DNA of 64,000 nt from Geopsychrobacteraceae bacterium (lineage in GTDB: Bacteria; Desulfobacterota; Desulfuromonadia; Desulfuromonadales; Geopsychrobacteraceae), in NCBI GenBank assembly GCA_963662315.1, contig OY759353.1, positions 1,920,001 to 1,984,000 of the forward strand. Reading direction: 5' to 3'. The notes beneath the pieces are model-generated. The model searched no databases and was not told the DNA's origin. It was given only the letters and a program-made list of their open reading frames with translations. Positions 11,414 through 21,213 of the stretch are shown in pieces. Every line of letters begins with the position of its first letter. The first letter of the stretch is position 1. The translations under genes were made by a program, and so were the position numbers.

Positions 11414-11519
11414 TTCAATAGTTATGCCGACTACTAAGTCTCTGCTTTTTCGGTAACTTTCACCCCACCGATATCAGCACTGCTCAATTTTTAAACACCT
11501 GTTGCCCACAATTAAGGCA
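11414..11519 (-). promoter_or_regulatory. possible sigma54-type promoter and NtrC-like boxes for amt
   Basis: CGGCAT-AACTA-TTGAA (GG-N10-GA, non-canonical -12) at 11414-11429; 17-bp boxes TGCTCAATTTTTAAACA (11481) and TGCCCACAATTAAGGCA (11503). Confidence 0.35.
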
Positions 11520-11624
11520 AATCATTCTGTTTTATCCAGACGAAAAGCTCACCGCTACGGTTACGATGATTGACAAACCTTTCAAGAGTAAGCTAGAGTC
11601 TCGTGCATAAGAAAAAATGTAACG

Positions 11625-11754
11625 CGTCTTTATCAAGAGTGGTGGAGGGATAGGCCCGATGAAGCCACGGCAACCGGGGCCCTGACAGTAAATCAGTGCC
11701 GTCTGGTGCCAATTCCAGCCCTTGGGCAACATTGCCTTGGGACAGATGGGGACG
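11625..11754 (+). promoter_or_regulatory. SAM-I (S-box) riboswitch aptamer
   Basis: TTATCAAGAG-T-GGTGGAGGGA-TAGGCCCGATGAAGCC-ACGGCAACC...GGTGCCAATTCC...GATGGGGACG; P1 pairs CGTCTTTATC with GATGGGGACG; upstream TTGACA-18-TAGAGT at 11570; downstream gene is metX. Confidence 0.93.
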
Positions 11755-11787
11755 GTGTCTGCGAGACTTATTGTATTATGACATCTC

Positions 11788-11820
11788 AAAGGCCCCTCTA
11801 TCTCGAGTGGGCCTTTTTTT
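11788..11820 (+). terminator. riboswitch expression-platform terminator
   Basis: AAAGGCCC-CTC...GAG-T-GGGCC-TTTTTTT. Confidence 0.8.
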
Positions 11821-12019
11821 ATTTTTGCTCGGAAACGGTCTTTTTCCGCTATAGTGGCGTCAATCTGCGGCCTTGCCTGCGCGGCGTAAAACATTACGCC
11901 TTCGGGCAAACCTTGATATTCTGGCCACAAGAAAATTTGCCGCTTTCCAATCGGAAAACATCGTAGTTGCAATTTTGAGTTTCTGGATGGCAACAGTACT
12001 GACGATTTGAGGATGTCAC

Positions 12020-13138
12020 TTGGAACAGAGTGTTGGCCTGGTTAAAACTGAATATGTAAGCTTCGATACTGAGCTGCAGCTGGAAAGTGGGCGGTTATTG
12101 GGGCCAATCACCTTAGCTTACGAGACCTACGGCACTCTCAACGAAAGTAGATCCAATGCGATCCTGGCAACCCACGCCTGGACCGGGGATGCCCACGCGG
12201 CAGGCCTTCACAGTCAGGAAGAACGTAAACCCGGCTGGTGGGACAACATGATCGGCCCTGGCAAAGTCCTCGATACCGACCGCTATTTTATCATCTGCAG
12301 CAACACTATCGGCTCCTGCAAAGGATCAACCGGCCCGACCAGTATCAATCCGCGTACCGGCCGCCCCTACCGCCTGACCTTCCCGGTGATCATGATCCGC
12401 GATATGGTTCGCGCCCAAAAAATGCTCATCGACTATTTAAAGATTCCGTCATTACTGGCCGTCGTTGGCGGCTCAATGGGCGCCATGCAGGCTATTGAAT
12501 GGGGCATTCATTACCCCGAGATGGTCCGTTCCATTGTACCGATTGCCGGCACAGCGAAAACATCGCCTATGGCAATTTCTCTGAATGCATTGGCTCGGCG
12601 GGCTATTTTCAATGATCCGCTATGGAAAAAAGGGAACTATCCACTGGAACATCCTCCTGCAGACGGACTTGCTCTGGCTCGGGCCGTTGGTCATATTTCC
12701 TTTTTATCAGAACAATCGATGCAGCTGAAATTCGGCAGACGCTTCTCGGTGCGCGATGGCATGTTCGACTTTTTTGGAAAATTTGAAGTGGAGCGTTACC
12801 TCGACTACAACGGACAGAACTTTGTCGACCGCTTTGACACCAATTCATTCCTCTATCTGGCCAAAGCTCTCGATCTTTACGATATCGGCTGGAATTTTGA
12901 TTCGCGCAGTGAAGCTCTTGAGAGACTGGCATGCCCGTCGTTATGGTTTGCCTTCAGCTCGGACTGGCTGTACCTGCCAGCCCAGACAGAAGAAATCGTC
13001 ACGGAATTACAGCGCCAGAACAAAGCGGTTGAATACCATCTCATCGATTCCGACTATGGCCACGATTCGTTCCTGGTCGAGCCAGAGAAATTTATTCCCT
13101 ATCTGAGAGAATTCCTGAAAACTCAGTCCAGCCGTTAA
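12020..13138 (+). CDS. metX: homoserine O-acyltransferase (MetX family)
   Basis: [35 protein letters not shown] nucleophile, SSDWLY, YGHDSFL; sits under a SAM riboswitch. Confidence 0.95.
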   Translation: MEQSVGLVKTEYVSFDTELQLESGRLLGPITLAYETYGTLNESRSNAILATHAWTGDAHAAGLHSQEERKPGWWDNMIGPGKVLDTDRYFIICSNTIGSCKGSTGPTSINPRTGRPYRLTFPVIMIRDMVRAQKMLIDYLKIPSLLAVVGGSMGAMQAIEWGIHYPEMVRSIVPIAGTAKTSPMAISLNALARRAIFNDPLWKKGNYPLEHPPADGLALARAVGHISFLSEQSMQLKFGRRFSVRDGMFDFFGKFEVERYLDYNGQNFVDRFDTNSFLYLAKALDLYDIGWNFDSRSEALERLACPSLWFAFSSDWLYLPAQTEEIVTELQRQNKAVEYHLIDSDYGHDSFLVEPEKFIPYLREFLKTQSSR

Positions 13139-13177
13139 TACCACAAATGATGTCCGCATAAATTTGGCAGCATCCAG

Positions 13178-13336
13178 TTAAAACAGATCCATCTGTTCAA
13201 ACTTGTGATTGTCGGATTTAAATGGGCGCGGCTGAAAGCGTGGACATTCAAGCATCACCATACTCACGGGTTGCTTACAGTGCCGGACACAACGTTTGCA
13301 GAGTTTATTGATTTCAGGGGGAGTGATTTCTTTCAT
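13178..13336 (-). CDS. 52-aa Cys-rich protein with C-terminal QMDLF (clamp-binding-like motif)
   Basis: Manual translation MKEITPPEINKLCKRCVRHCKQPVSMVMLECPRFQPRPFKSDNHKFEQMDLF*; GAGG RBS 6 nt before ATG; fills an otherwise empty intergenic gap; below the ORF-track length cutoff. Confidence 0.7.
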   Translation of the reverse strand: MKEITPPEINKLCKRCVRHCKQPVSMVMLECPRFQPRPFKSDNHKFEQMDLF

Positions 13337-13522
13337 AGATTTCCTCATTGCCACTCAGATTATCACCAACCCTGGTGTCCTGTCACGCCAGAAACTCTAC
13401 TGGTGCGCGGGCCGCCATGAAAGACCTTGGCACCATTCATTCCCCATCCGCGAGAATCGACTATTGTCTGTTACCAAGTCAAAATGCTAGATTAGCTGAA
13501 AACTACCACATCCTCTTCACCA

Positions 13523-14341
13523 ATGGCTCTGATCATGCAGCAGACTCTTAAAATAACGATTCTCGGCTCAGGGACCAGTACCGGTATTCCGGTGATCGGC
13601 TGCCAGTGCGCCGTATGTCGCTCATCGCATCCCTACAATCAACGTACGCGCTGCAGCCTGCTTATCAGCAGCGGACCATACAATATTCTGATCGATACCT
13701 CAACTGATCTTCGTCAGCAGGCATTACGGGAAGATATCCGCCATATTGACGCGGTATTCTACACCCATGGACATGCCGATCACCTGCACGGCATCGATGA
13801 TTTACGCGCCTTTAACATGACCATGGAAACGCCGATTCCGATTTATGCCGCGGAAGAAACGCTGGCCCACATCCGCCACAGTTTTGGCTATATTTTTGAA
13901 TACAAAGAACCCGCAACCTTTGTCCCTAAATTAAATCTGATCCCGATGCCAAAACAGATTGTGATCGGTGACATGAAAATGAAAGCCGTTCCATTGCAGC
14001 ACGGGTGCGGGAAGAGCACCGGCTATCGCTGTGGCCCGATAGCTTATCTGACCGATTGCAACGGTATTCCGGAATCATCGCTGACATTGTTACAGCATCT
14101 TGACCTGCTGATTCTCGACGGCCTGCGCTACAAACCGCACCAAACGCATTTCAATATTCCTCAGGCAATTGAAATGGCCCGGCGCATCGGTGCCAAGCGC
14201 ACCTTATTAACCCATTTAAGTCATGATATTGAGCACTTTCAGGTCAATGCTCAACTGCCTGGCGGCATTGAGCTCGCCCATGATGGTCAAACTCTCGAGT
14301 TTATACTGTCCTGCGAACCGATGGAGCCTGCCGAGACATGA
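13523..14341 (+). CDS. MBL-fold metallohydrolase (PhnP/YycJ-like)
   Basis: ILGSGTSTGIPVIGCQCAVC, THGHADHLHGIDDLR (HxHxDH), YLTDC, LTHLSH, AHDG. Confidence 0.92.
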   Translation: MALIMQQTLKITILGSGTSTGIPVIGCQCAVCRSSHPYNQRTRCSLLISSGPYNILIDTSTDLRQQALREDIRHIDAVFYTHGHADHLHGIDDLRAFNMTMETPIPIYAAEETLAHIRHSFGYIFEYKEPATFVPKLNLIPMPKQIVIGDMKMKAVPLQHGCGKSTGYRCGPIAYLTDCNGIPESSLTLLQHLDLLILDGLRYKPHQTHFNIPQAIEMARRIGAKRTLLTHLSHDIEHFQVNAQLPGGIELAHDGQTLEFILSCEPMEPAET

Positions 14342-16143
14342 GCCCGGAGCTGAGACTACACGGACAGATTAATGACTCTATCGAATATTTTGCGACAGCT
14401 TCCGGTTGTCACTCAGCACATCAGCATTTCTTTGAGCTCACGGAGACCAGTCTGCGCCTCTTTGCTCCCGGCAGTGAACTCCGTCTTACACCGGAAGGTA
14501 TTCGCCAGAAAGGAGTTGGGGGTAGTTTTTGTGAGTACATGTTCGGAGTCGACCAACCTCTTTCAGATCTGATCAAAAAACCGGTTCATAATCGCCTGAT
14601 ACTGCTTGGCGCCGCTTACAATAATAGCGGTCGTCTGCAACTGACCAGCAATACCAGTTATCGACAGAGCTATAGCGAGATCTTCCGCCAGGGGCACGCC
14701 ACCGACAATTTCTTTTTTTTCATTGATGGCCTGCGCCCCTCCGGTCTGATTGAACGCCAGCAACTGATCATTAAGCACCTTGGCAAACATCTTAAGCACC
14801 AGACAGGGCTAAACCTTCTCGACGATTCACAGCTGGCCGATCAGCTCAGACAACTGCTGCCTGCTGGCTGTGCCATGTTCCTGATCCGCCTGAGTCACAC
14901 CGGGGCCCGACATTTTCAAAAAGAGTATCAAAACGCCTATTACAGCAATAAGCAGATCAGTTCTTCTCGCCAGGCAATGCTCGATGAGCTGGCTGAAAAC
15001 CTGGGCCTTGATCAGTATCAGCAGGAGCGCATCAGTATTGATGTCATGTACCACCATCGCGACAATTACCGCATCATTGATGAATATAAAAACGTCCTGA
15101 TCGACTGCTTCCACCAGGGCGAAATCGATCGCCAGAGCTATGCCCGCCTGACCCGGCTGAAAACCCTGGCCCTGCGTGATGAAATCCCCCTTGACCTGTT
15201 GATCACCCTGGATGCGAAACTCCATCCGCAAATTGACCAGATCAATCGCGAACCCGAGTATACAGCGATTACCAGAGCCATCCTTCAGGATTTGAAGCAA
15301 CAGCAAGAACTGATAAAAAAAGACATGGTCCAATTGCTTTATGCCAAGCAGAAAGCCAGACGCCACCATGATATCGCCTTTGAACAGTTGCTGCTGGAAA
15401 CCGGGAAGCTGTTTGATGAAAGTATCCGGGATGGAGCACCACTTGCATTGCTCGAAGAGTTTTCGCGCATCATTACTTTTTTTGACCGCTACGATACCAC
15501 CTCAACCAATATCAGTCGCCTGGCCTTCATGGAAAACTTCCAGAGCTCGGTTGAATGGCTGGAAAACCTGGTGCAGAATCGCGCCGAATTCAATAAATTG
15601 GACAAAACGCTTTTCCACCAACTGTTCTTCGCGCCGCTGCTTGACAGCCCGTTTCTGACCCGCTACGGTCGCAGGAAGCTGCAGCGCCTCCGGAAAGGGT
15701 TGGAAGAAATCGCGGCGGGGGTCCTGACAGCCCAACATCTCAATGCGGAAATCAAGGTCATTGAACAGCAGGAAGCCATGTTTAAGCTGCTCTACACCGG
15801 AATCAGGGACCGGATCCGCAACCGCTACTTCCGCTATGACAGCAAAGAAGAGATTGACCTCATTTACGAGGATCTCAACCAGGATCTCAACCAGCGCGGC
15901 CAGGTCAAAAACAACATCGACATGACGCTCTTCCAGGAGGTCATTCATAGTATCAAAAAAGAAGTCTTTTACCTGCGTAACCTGCTACCTGAGATTATCA
16001 GCAACAACAACCATGCACTGCGCAAAGACTTTCTGACCAACAGCGGACTGGATGTCTTTCACATCGAAGATCTGGAGAACGAATACATCACCCAGAATGG
16101 TCTTGACCAGGAGTGCCTACAGCAACTCAGATCAGGACAATGA
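14338..16143 (+). CDS. conserved ~600-aa hypothetical protein, resembling the TIGR04442 family
   Basis: N-terminus LRLHGQINDSIEYFAT and GGSFCEYMFGVDQP recalled from the deltaproteobacterial TIGR04442 family (from memory, not searched); ATGA overlap with the MBL gene. Confidence 0.7.
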   Translation: MSPELRLHGQINDSIEYFATASGCHSAHQHFFELTETSLRLFAPGSELRLTPEGIRQKGVGGSFCEYMFGVDQPLSDLIKKPVHNRLILLGAAYNNSGRLQLTSNTSYRQSYSEIFRQGHATDNFFFFIDGLRPSGLIERQQLIIKHLGKHLKHQTGLNLLDDSQLADQLRQLLPAGCAMFLIRLSHTGARHFQKEYQNAYYSNKQISSSRQAMLDELAENLGLDQYQQERISIDVMYHHRDNYRIIDEYKNVLIDCFHQGEIDRQSYARLTRLKTLALRDEIPLDLLITLDAKLHPQIDQINREPEYTAITRAILQDLKQQQELIKKDMVQLLYAKQKARRHHDIAFEQLLLETGKLFDESIRDGAPLALLEEFSRIITFFDRYDTTSTNISRLAFMENFQSSVEWLENLVQNRAEFNKLDKTLFHQLFFAPLLDSPFLTRYGRRKLQRLRKGLEEIAAGVLTAQHLNAEIKVIEQQEAMFKLLYTGIRDRIRNRYFRYDSKEEIDLIYEDLNQDLNQRGQVKNNIDMTLFQEVIHSIKKEVFYLRNLLPEIISNNNHALRKDFLTNSGLDVFHIEDLENEYITQNGLDQECLQQLRSGQ

Positions 16144-16161
16144 TCAGCAGCAGAGGCCATT

Positions 16162-18240
16162 ATGACAACCCCGGAACTGACGCACATCAGGAACTTCGGC
16201 ATTATTTCGCATATCGATGCCGGCAAGACGACGGTATCTGAACGCATTCTTTATTACACCGGCGAAATCCACAAAATGGGCGAGGTTCATGACGGCCTGG
16301 CCGTTATGGACTGGATGGAGCAGGAACAGCAACGTGGGATTACCATTACCGCCTCGGCAACCACCTGTCGCTGGAAGGATTATTTTTTCAATCTGATCGA
16401 CACCCCCGGACATATCGACTTCACGATTGAAGTCGAACGTTCTCTGCGCGCCCTGGACGGAGCCGTGGCAATTTTCAGTGCCGTCGAAGGCGTTCAGCCA
16501 CAAAGTGAATCAGTATGGCGTCAGGCAGAGCGCTACAAGGTGCCACGCATTTGCCTGATCAATAAAATGGACCGCATCGGCGCGGATCACCTCAAGGTTC
16601 TGACCTCGATTCAAGACAAACTCAACGTTCGCCCAATCCTGCTGCAATTACCTATTGGCAGCGAAGAAACATTTCAAGGTGTCATTGATCTACCCAGTGA
16701 AAGAGCGCTGTTTTTTGCCGAGGATGACCTGGGAAAAACCTGCAAAGAACATGACATTCCACCAGAGTACCAGGAGCAGTCCACCACTACGCGGGAGCAC
16801 CTCATCGAAGCTGCCGCTGACTTTGATGACGACATTCTCAGTGACTTTCTGGACGGCCAGCCCATTGCCAAAGACCGTCTGCTTAAAGCGTTAAGGCGCG
16901 GCGTTATTGCCTGCCAGATCTATCCAGTACTGCTCGGCTCGGCACTGCGCAACAAGGGGATTCAACCCGTGCTTGACATGATCTGTGAGCTGTTGCCCTC
17001 CCCCCTCGACATCCCGCCGGCACAGGCATGGACGAAAGAGCAGGCCCCCCGGGACATCATGCCCGACCCCAAGGGACCACTGTGCGCCCTGGCCTTCAAG
17101 GTTATTGCCGATGAAGGACGCAAGCTCACTTATCTGCGCCTTTATGCCGGGAGCCTCAAACCGGGAGACATTGTCTCCAACAGCAGAACTCAGGGCCAGG
17201 AAAAAGTGGCCCGGCTGTTCAGGATGCACGCTCATAAACGCGAACACATCGACCTGGCCAAAGCCGGGGATATTGTTGCGGCAACCGGGATAAAAGACGT
17301 GTTAACCGGCGACACGATCAGTAGTAGCGACACCTTGCTGCAGTTGGCCGGGCTCGAGTATCCTGAGCCAGTGGTATCCATTGCCGTCGAAGCAAAAACC
17401 GTCGATGACCGCGACAAACTGCCGTTGGCCCTGGAAAAACTGCAGTGGGAAGATCCGACTTTTCGGGTCACGGAAGATGAAGAGACCGGTCAAACGATTC
17501 TGACTGGCATGGGGGAGCTGCATCTCGAAGTTATCGTGCAACGCTTGTTGACCGATTTCGGCGTTGCCGTTGTCACCGGACGTCCTCAGGTCGTTTACCG
17601 TGAAACGATCCAGGAGACTGTCTCTCGACAAGAAATTTTCGAACGCGAAATTGATGGCAAACTGCACTACGGCGAAATTGAAATCGAAATCAGTCCGACC
17701 GAGCGTAAATCTGGACTGGAACTGATTATTCCGGAAGATATTCTCAGCAGCTGGTCACCGACCAGTGCTGAAATGATTAGAGGCAAGTTGGCCAGTGCCT
17801 GCCAGTCCGGCCCCCTGCTCGGCTACCCCCTGACTGACCTGAAGCTGGAACTGAAAGCCGCGCCCTATGACAGTAACAGAAGCACAGATTTGGGAATCTC
17901 CGCCGCCATAAGCCGCGCCATGCTGACAGCCTTAGCCGCGGGCAAACCAACCTTGCTTGAACCGGTCATGGCTCTGGAGCTGATCTCCCCTTCCGACTAT
18001 ACCGGCCGGGTCATAGGCACCCTGAATCAGAAACGAGGTCAGGTCGAAGGGATTGAATCGCGCCCCGGGCAGGATATTATCCGCGCCAATGTGCCCCTGA
18101 TGGAAATGTTCGGATATATGACAGAACTGCGCAGTGCGACAAAAGGACAGGGGGACTTTACCATGGAATTTTCCCACTTTGAACAGGCCCCACCTGAAAT
18201 TCTCACAAGCTTTGGCCTGAAGACTGGACGCAGAGGTTAA
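16162..18240 (+). CDS. fusA: elongation factor G paralog
   Basis: SHIDAGKTT, RGITI, DTPGH, NKMD, GMGELHLEV, LLEPVM, EMFGY..ELRSATKG; not in an rpsL-rpsG-tuf context. Confidence 0.9.
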   Translation: MTTPELTHIRNFGIISHIDAGKTTVSERILYYTGEIHKMGEVHDGLAVMDWMEQEQQRGITITASATTCRWKDYFFNLIDTPGHIDFTIEVERSLRALDGAVAIFSAVEGVQPQSESVWRQAERYKVPRICLINKMDRIGADHLKVLTSIQDKLNVRPILLQLPIGSEETFQGVIDLPSERALFFAEDDLGKTCKEHDIPPEYQEQSTTTREHLIEAAADFDDDILSDFLDGQPIAKDRLLKALRRGVIACQIYPVLLGSALRNKGIQPVLDMICELLPSPLDIPPAQAWTKEQAPRDIMPDPKGPLCALAFKVIADEGRKLTYLRLYAGSLKPGDIVSNSRTQGQEKVARLFRMHAHKREHIDLAKAGDIVAATGIKDVLTGDTISSSDTLLQLAGLEYPEPVVSIAVEAKTVDDRDKLPLALEKLQWEDPTFRVTEDEETGQTILTGMGELHLEVIVQRLLTDFGVAVVTGRPQVVYRETIQETVSRQEIFEREIDGKLHYGEIEIEISPTERKSGLELIIPEDILSSWSPTSAEMIRGKLASACQSGPLLGYPLTDLKLELKAAPYDSNRSTDLGISAAISRAMLTALAAGKPTLLEPVMALELISPSDYTGRVIGTLNQKRGQVEGIESRPGQDIIRANVPLMEMFGYMTELRSATKGQGDFTMEFSHFEQAPPEILTSFGLKTGRRG

Positions 18241-18587
18241 TGCCTCGATAATACTTCCGACCACATCGGTGGGCAAAAAAACACGTTCTCACGCTATTTG
18301 AATCTTCAGGACCAGAATCGGCATCTCTTCACAGACAAGCTCTATATAAGTGGTTGAATGGATGACAATTCCGCATTTGCGGTCTTGATCGTCAGGGCTC
18401 GGACGGGATTTCTTCCAGATTCTTGCCCTCGTTAATGTCTGAGACAAATCCAAAATAGAGAACACCTATTCTTTTCACCATACAAGCCCCAAGAAATTTC
18501 ATTACACTGTCGCCATCGTTATGCTCCCCCGCTCTTGAGCGTTGTAATAGGATGGTGCTTCAACTCTTCGTCCTTTTCGGACCAAGA

Positions 18588-19001
18588 TTAATCGCAATCG
18601 GTTTCCGGGTGCGGACACTCCTGCGGATCACCGGCACCGACACTCTCTCCCTTCAGCCCCAACCATTGATCAAGCTGATCGACTTCAAATCCGCAGACTT
18701 TCTTGTCACCAGACTGCATCAGGGGGCGCCTGATCAGCAACGGCTCTTTCACCATCAGTGCCAGCGCCTCTTCTTCACTCAGCGCGGAAGGAACAATGAC
18801 CCCGGCTTTAACATCCGGATTGGTCATATTGAACCATTCACTGACCGGTTTTGAATCGAAGAAGGGGCGTAACGATGCGACGCTCCATGGTTCGGCCAGC
18901 AGATTTTTAACCTCAAGCTGATGACCTGAATCTTCGAGAATCTGTTTTTGCCTGGCATTGCCAACACAACCCGGCTTTTCCCAAAACGTTATGGTTGCCA
19001 T
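18588..19001 (-). CDS. ArsC/Spx-family thioredoxin-fold protein (nitrogenase-associated type)
   Basis: ITFWEKPGCVGNARQK, EWFN, EPLLIRRPLM. Confidence 0.85.
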   Translation of the reverse strand: MATITFWEKPGCVGNARQKQILEDSGHQLEVKNLLAEPWSVASLRPFFDSKPVSEWFNMTNPDVKAGVIVPSALSEEEALALMVKEPLLIRRPLMQSGDKKVCGFEVDQLDQWLGLKGESVGAGDPQECPHPETDCD

Positions 19002-19927
19002 ATCAATTCCTCTCTCTGCAGTACTGCAGCGACAAAAAAAGCTGACCGGACGATCCCGATCAGCTTCATTGCTCTATTAATTTTATAGTGGCCACACTTC
19101 AATGTGAGAAGCGGTATTCTTTCACAGTCTGTCTCCTACTGTCAAACATGCCCATGATCCCTGCCGGTTTTTTCCAGGTAATATTCATAATCCCCTTCGT
19201 AGGGAATCATCTGCCCATGATCGATTTCAAACACCCGGGTAACCAGGCTGCGCAGAAAATGGCGGTCGTGGCTGACCAGCAACAGGGTTCCGCTAAATTT
19301 CTGCAGGGCATCAAGCAGAACTTCCCGCGATTGGATATCAAGATGGTTGGTCGGTTCGTCCAGAATCAACAGGTTTAACGGGCGACCAAGCAAGGTCGCC
19401 AGAATCAGTCGGGCTTTCTCGCCACCGGAAAGTTTGTCAACCCGCTTTTCGACATCATCCCCCTGAAACAGAAACGCCGCACAGAGATTACGTAATACGC
19501 CAACAGTTGCCTGAGGCAAAGCGTCCTGCACGGTTTCAAAAACAGTCTTTTTCGGATCAAGCAGTTCCATGGAGTGCTGGCTGAAATAACCGCTAAACAC
19601 ATTGGCACCGACAACAGCGGTGCCGAAAGTTGGATCGACCTGTCCGATAATGGTTTTTAGAAAGGTTGATTTACCGGCGCCGTTGACACCGACCACCGCA
19701 ATTTTATCTCCACGCCGGACCATCCCGGAAATACCTGAAAAGACCGGCTTTTCACCGCCACCCTCAAGGGGCCAGTTTTTTTCCAGATCCGTAATGGCGA
19801 TAACATCGTCACCACTGCGTGGCGGTTCGGAAAATTCGAACTTGATCACCTTCTGCTCCGGCGGCAGTTCAATACGGTCGATCTTTTCCAGCTTTTTAAC
19901 CCGCGACTGGACCTGAGCGGCATGGGA
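18994..19927. repeat. direct repeat copy 1 (ABC-F 3' half, terminator, first codons of the arsC-like gene)
   Basis: Near-identical to 29954-30885 by direct comparison, with patchy substitutions and a net 2-bp length difference. Confidence 0.95.
19034..19066 (-). terminator. intrinsic terminator after ABC-F (second copy at 29994-30026)
   Basis: AAGCTGATCGG-GATCGT-CCGGTCAGC-TTTTTTT. Confidence 0.8.
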
Positions 19928-19954
19928 TGTCAAGGTATGTGAGAATCTGACCAT
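19142..19954 (-). pseudogene. 5'-truncated duplicate of the ABC-F gene (end of linker plus second ABC domain)
   Basis: Matches the 30100-31734 protein from SHAAQVQSR onward; the first 9 residues (MVRFSHTLT) come from unrelated junction DNA. Confidence 0.88.
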
Positions 19955-20324
19955 ATCGTTTCGTTCTTCACCACAGAGCCTGAAGGTCTCACGAAATCGA
20001 GGGGGGCTCCCTTCAGGCTCTGCGGATCAGAGGGGATGACGCAGGCTTGCTTTTCCTGGGCATCAGAATTTAATATTTGAACCGGTGGTCATCAGATTCA
20101 GCTTAGGGCCGCGCTTAATGCGGGTTGGGCGGAAATCGTTGATATGGGCGTTGGTCAAATCAACTTTTCCGTCAAGGGTAACATTGTCCCAGACGACAGT
20201 GTCGGCTTTGAAGTTTTCTCCATCAATCTCGCCAATGATAGAATTTTGTACAAGCAGTTCCTCGACAAAACCGTCCCACAGAGGGAAATCATGGATCATG
20301 CAATCGATCAGTGAAACATATGGC
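19926..20324. repeat. ~400-bp direct repeat copy A (pentapeptide gene 3' end plus downstream stem-loop element)
   Basis: Near-identical to 21566-21963. Confidence 0.93.
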
Positions 20325-21202
20325 AAATTGGCCTCACTCAGCGAGAAGAGATAAAATTCTACCCCCCTTGCATATACTTTCGGAATGATAGAATCAGAAA
20401 ACGCAGTTTTTAACGTTCCCCCTTCAATACTGACAAGCCCTGCCTTAATTTCCGCCAGCGACAACCCGCGCCACATATCAACATCTTCTATCCTAATGCT
20501 CTCCATGGTTGCACCATTGAAGCGTACCGGTCCTTCCCCCTGTTTCACACGACGCAGAGTGACGGTGGAGAAGTGGCTGTGGCCAAAGTTTACTTCGTCG
20601 AGTAAACCTCCTTCGATGAGAAGTGTGTTATTACCGCTAAGCCCCATCATATTTACTCCAGAGAGTGTTGTATTACGAAAGACAAAAGGGATTCTCCCAT
20701 CCGTAAAAGACGAGCGATCGTTAAGAATCGTGTCCTCTACCAGCAGTTCGTTCCCGCGTAAATCGTCAAACTCTGCACCTACCCCTTTGCAGTGCTCAAT
20801 TTTGACGTTCACCACCGTACTGCCAAGAAAATTTGTTAATATGAATTCACAATTGTCAAAAACAACATCAACAAACTCTGAATTCCATGCCTTATAATTT
20901 TCAAATTTACAATTTACAAATCTCACTTTTAAGTATTTTGATTTGCTTGATGAAACGCCCGTAAAGTCGACATTTTCAAACGTTGCACCATTAAAAATGA
21001 CACCATCAATATTGACATCCTCAACCTTCGTATTTTTCATTTCTATGTTGGGGTGTGTCTGCGTATACTCATTAAGTTTGTCGACATCTTTAGAAAGTTC
21101 GTCCCATTTTTTCTGAAATTCGCTGGAAAACATATTCATCGCGCTTGCGGCTCCTGAAGTGAATAAAAAAATAGCTGCTATCAGACATAAGGCCTTTTTC
21201 AT
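20063..21202 (-). CDS. exported pentapeptide-repeat protein (candidate periplasmic immunity protein)
   Basis: Sec signal MKKALCLIAAIFLFTSGAASA; 5-residue periodic repeats (ATFENVDFTG, VRFVNCKFEN, VVFDNCEFIL); AAGGGA RBS. Confidence 0.8.
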   Translation of the reverse strand: MKKALCLIAAIFLFTSGAASAMNMFSSEFQKKWDELSKDVDKLNEYTQTHPNIEMKNTKVEDVNIDGVIFNGATFENVDFTGVSSSKSKYLKVRFVNCKFENYKAWNSEFVDVVFDNCEFILTNFLGSTVVNVKIEHCKGVGAEFDDLRGNELLVEDTILNDRSSFTDGRIPFVFRNTTLSGVNMMGLSGNNTLLIEGGLLDEVNFGHSHFSTVTLRRVKQGEGPVRFNGATMESIRIEDVDMWRGLSLAEIKAGLVSIEGGTLKTAFSDSIIPKVYARGVEFYLFSLSEANLPYVSLIDCMIHDFPLWDGFVEELLVQNSIIGEIDGENFKADTVVWDNVTLDGKVDLTNAHINDFRPTRIKRGPKLNLMTTGSNIKF

Positions 21203-21213
21203 CTCTTCCCTTT

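Noticed and set aside
18241..18520. Possible decayed small gene with faint PemK/MazF-like fragments across minus-strand frames
   Set aside because: Multiple stops and frameshifts; resemblance too weak to support without a tBLASTn/HMM search
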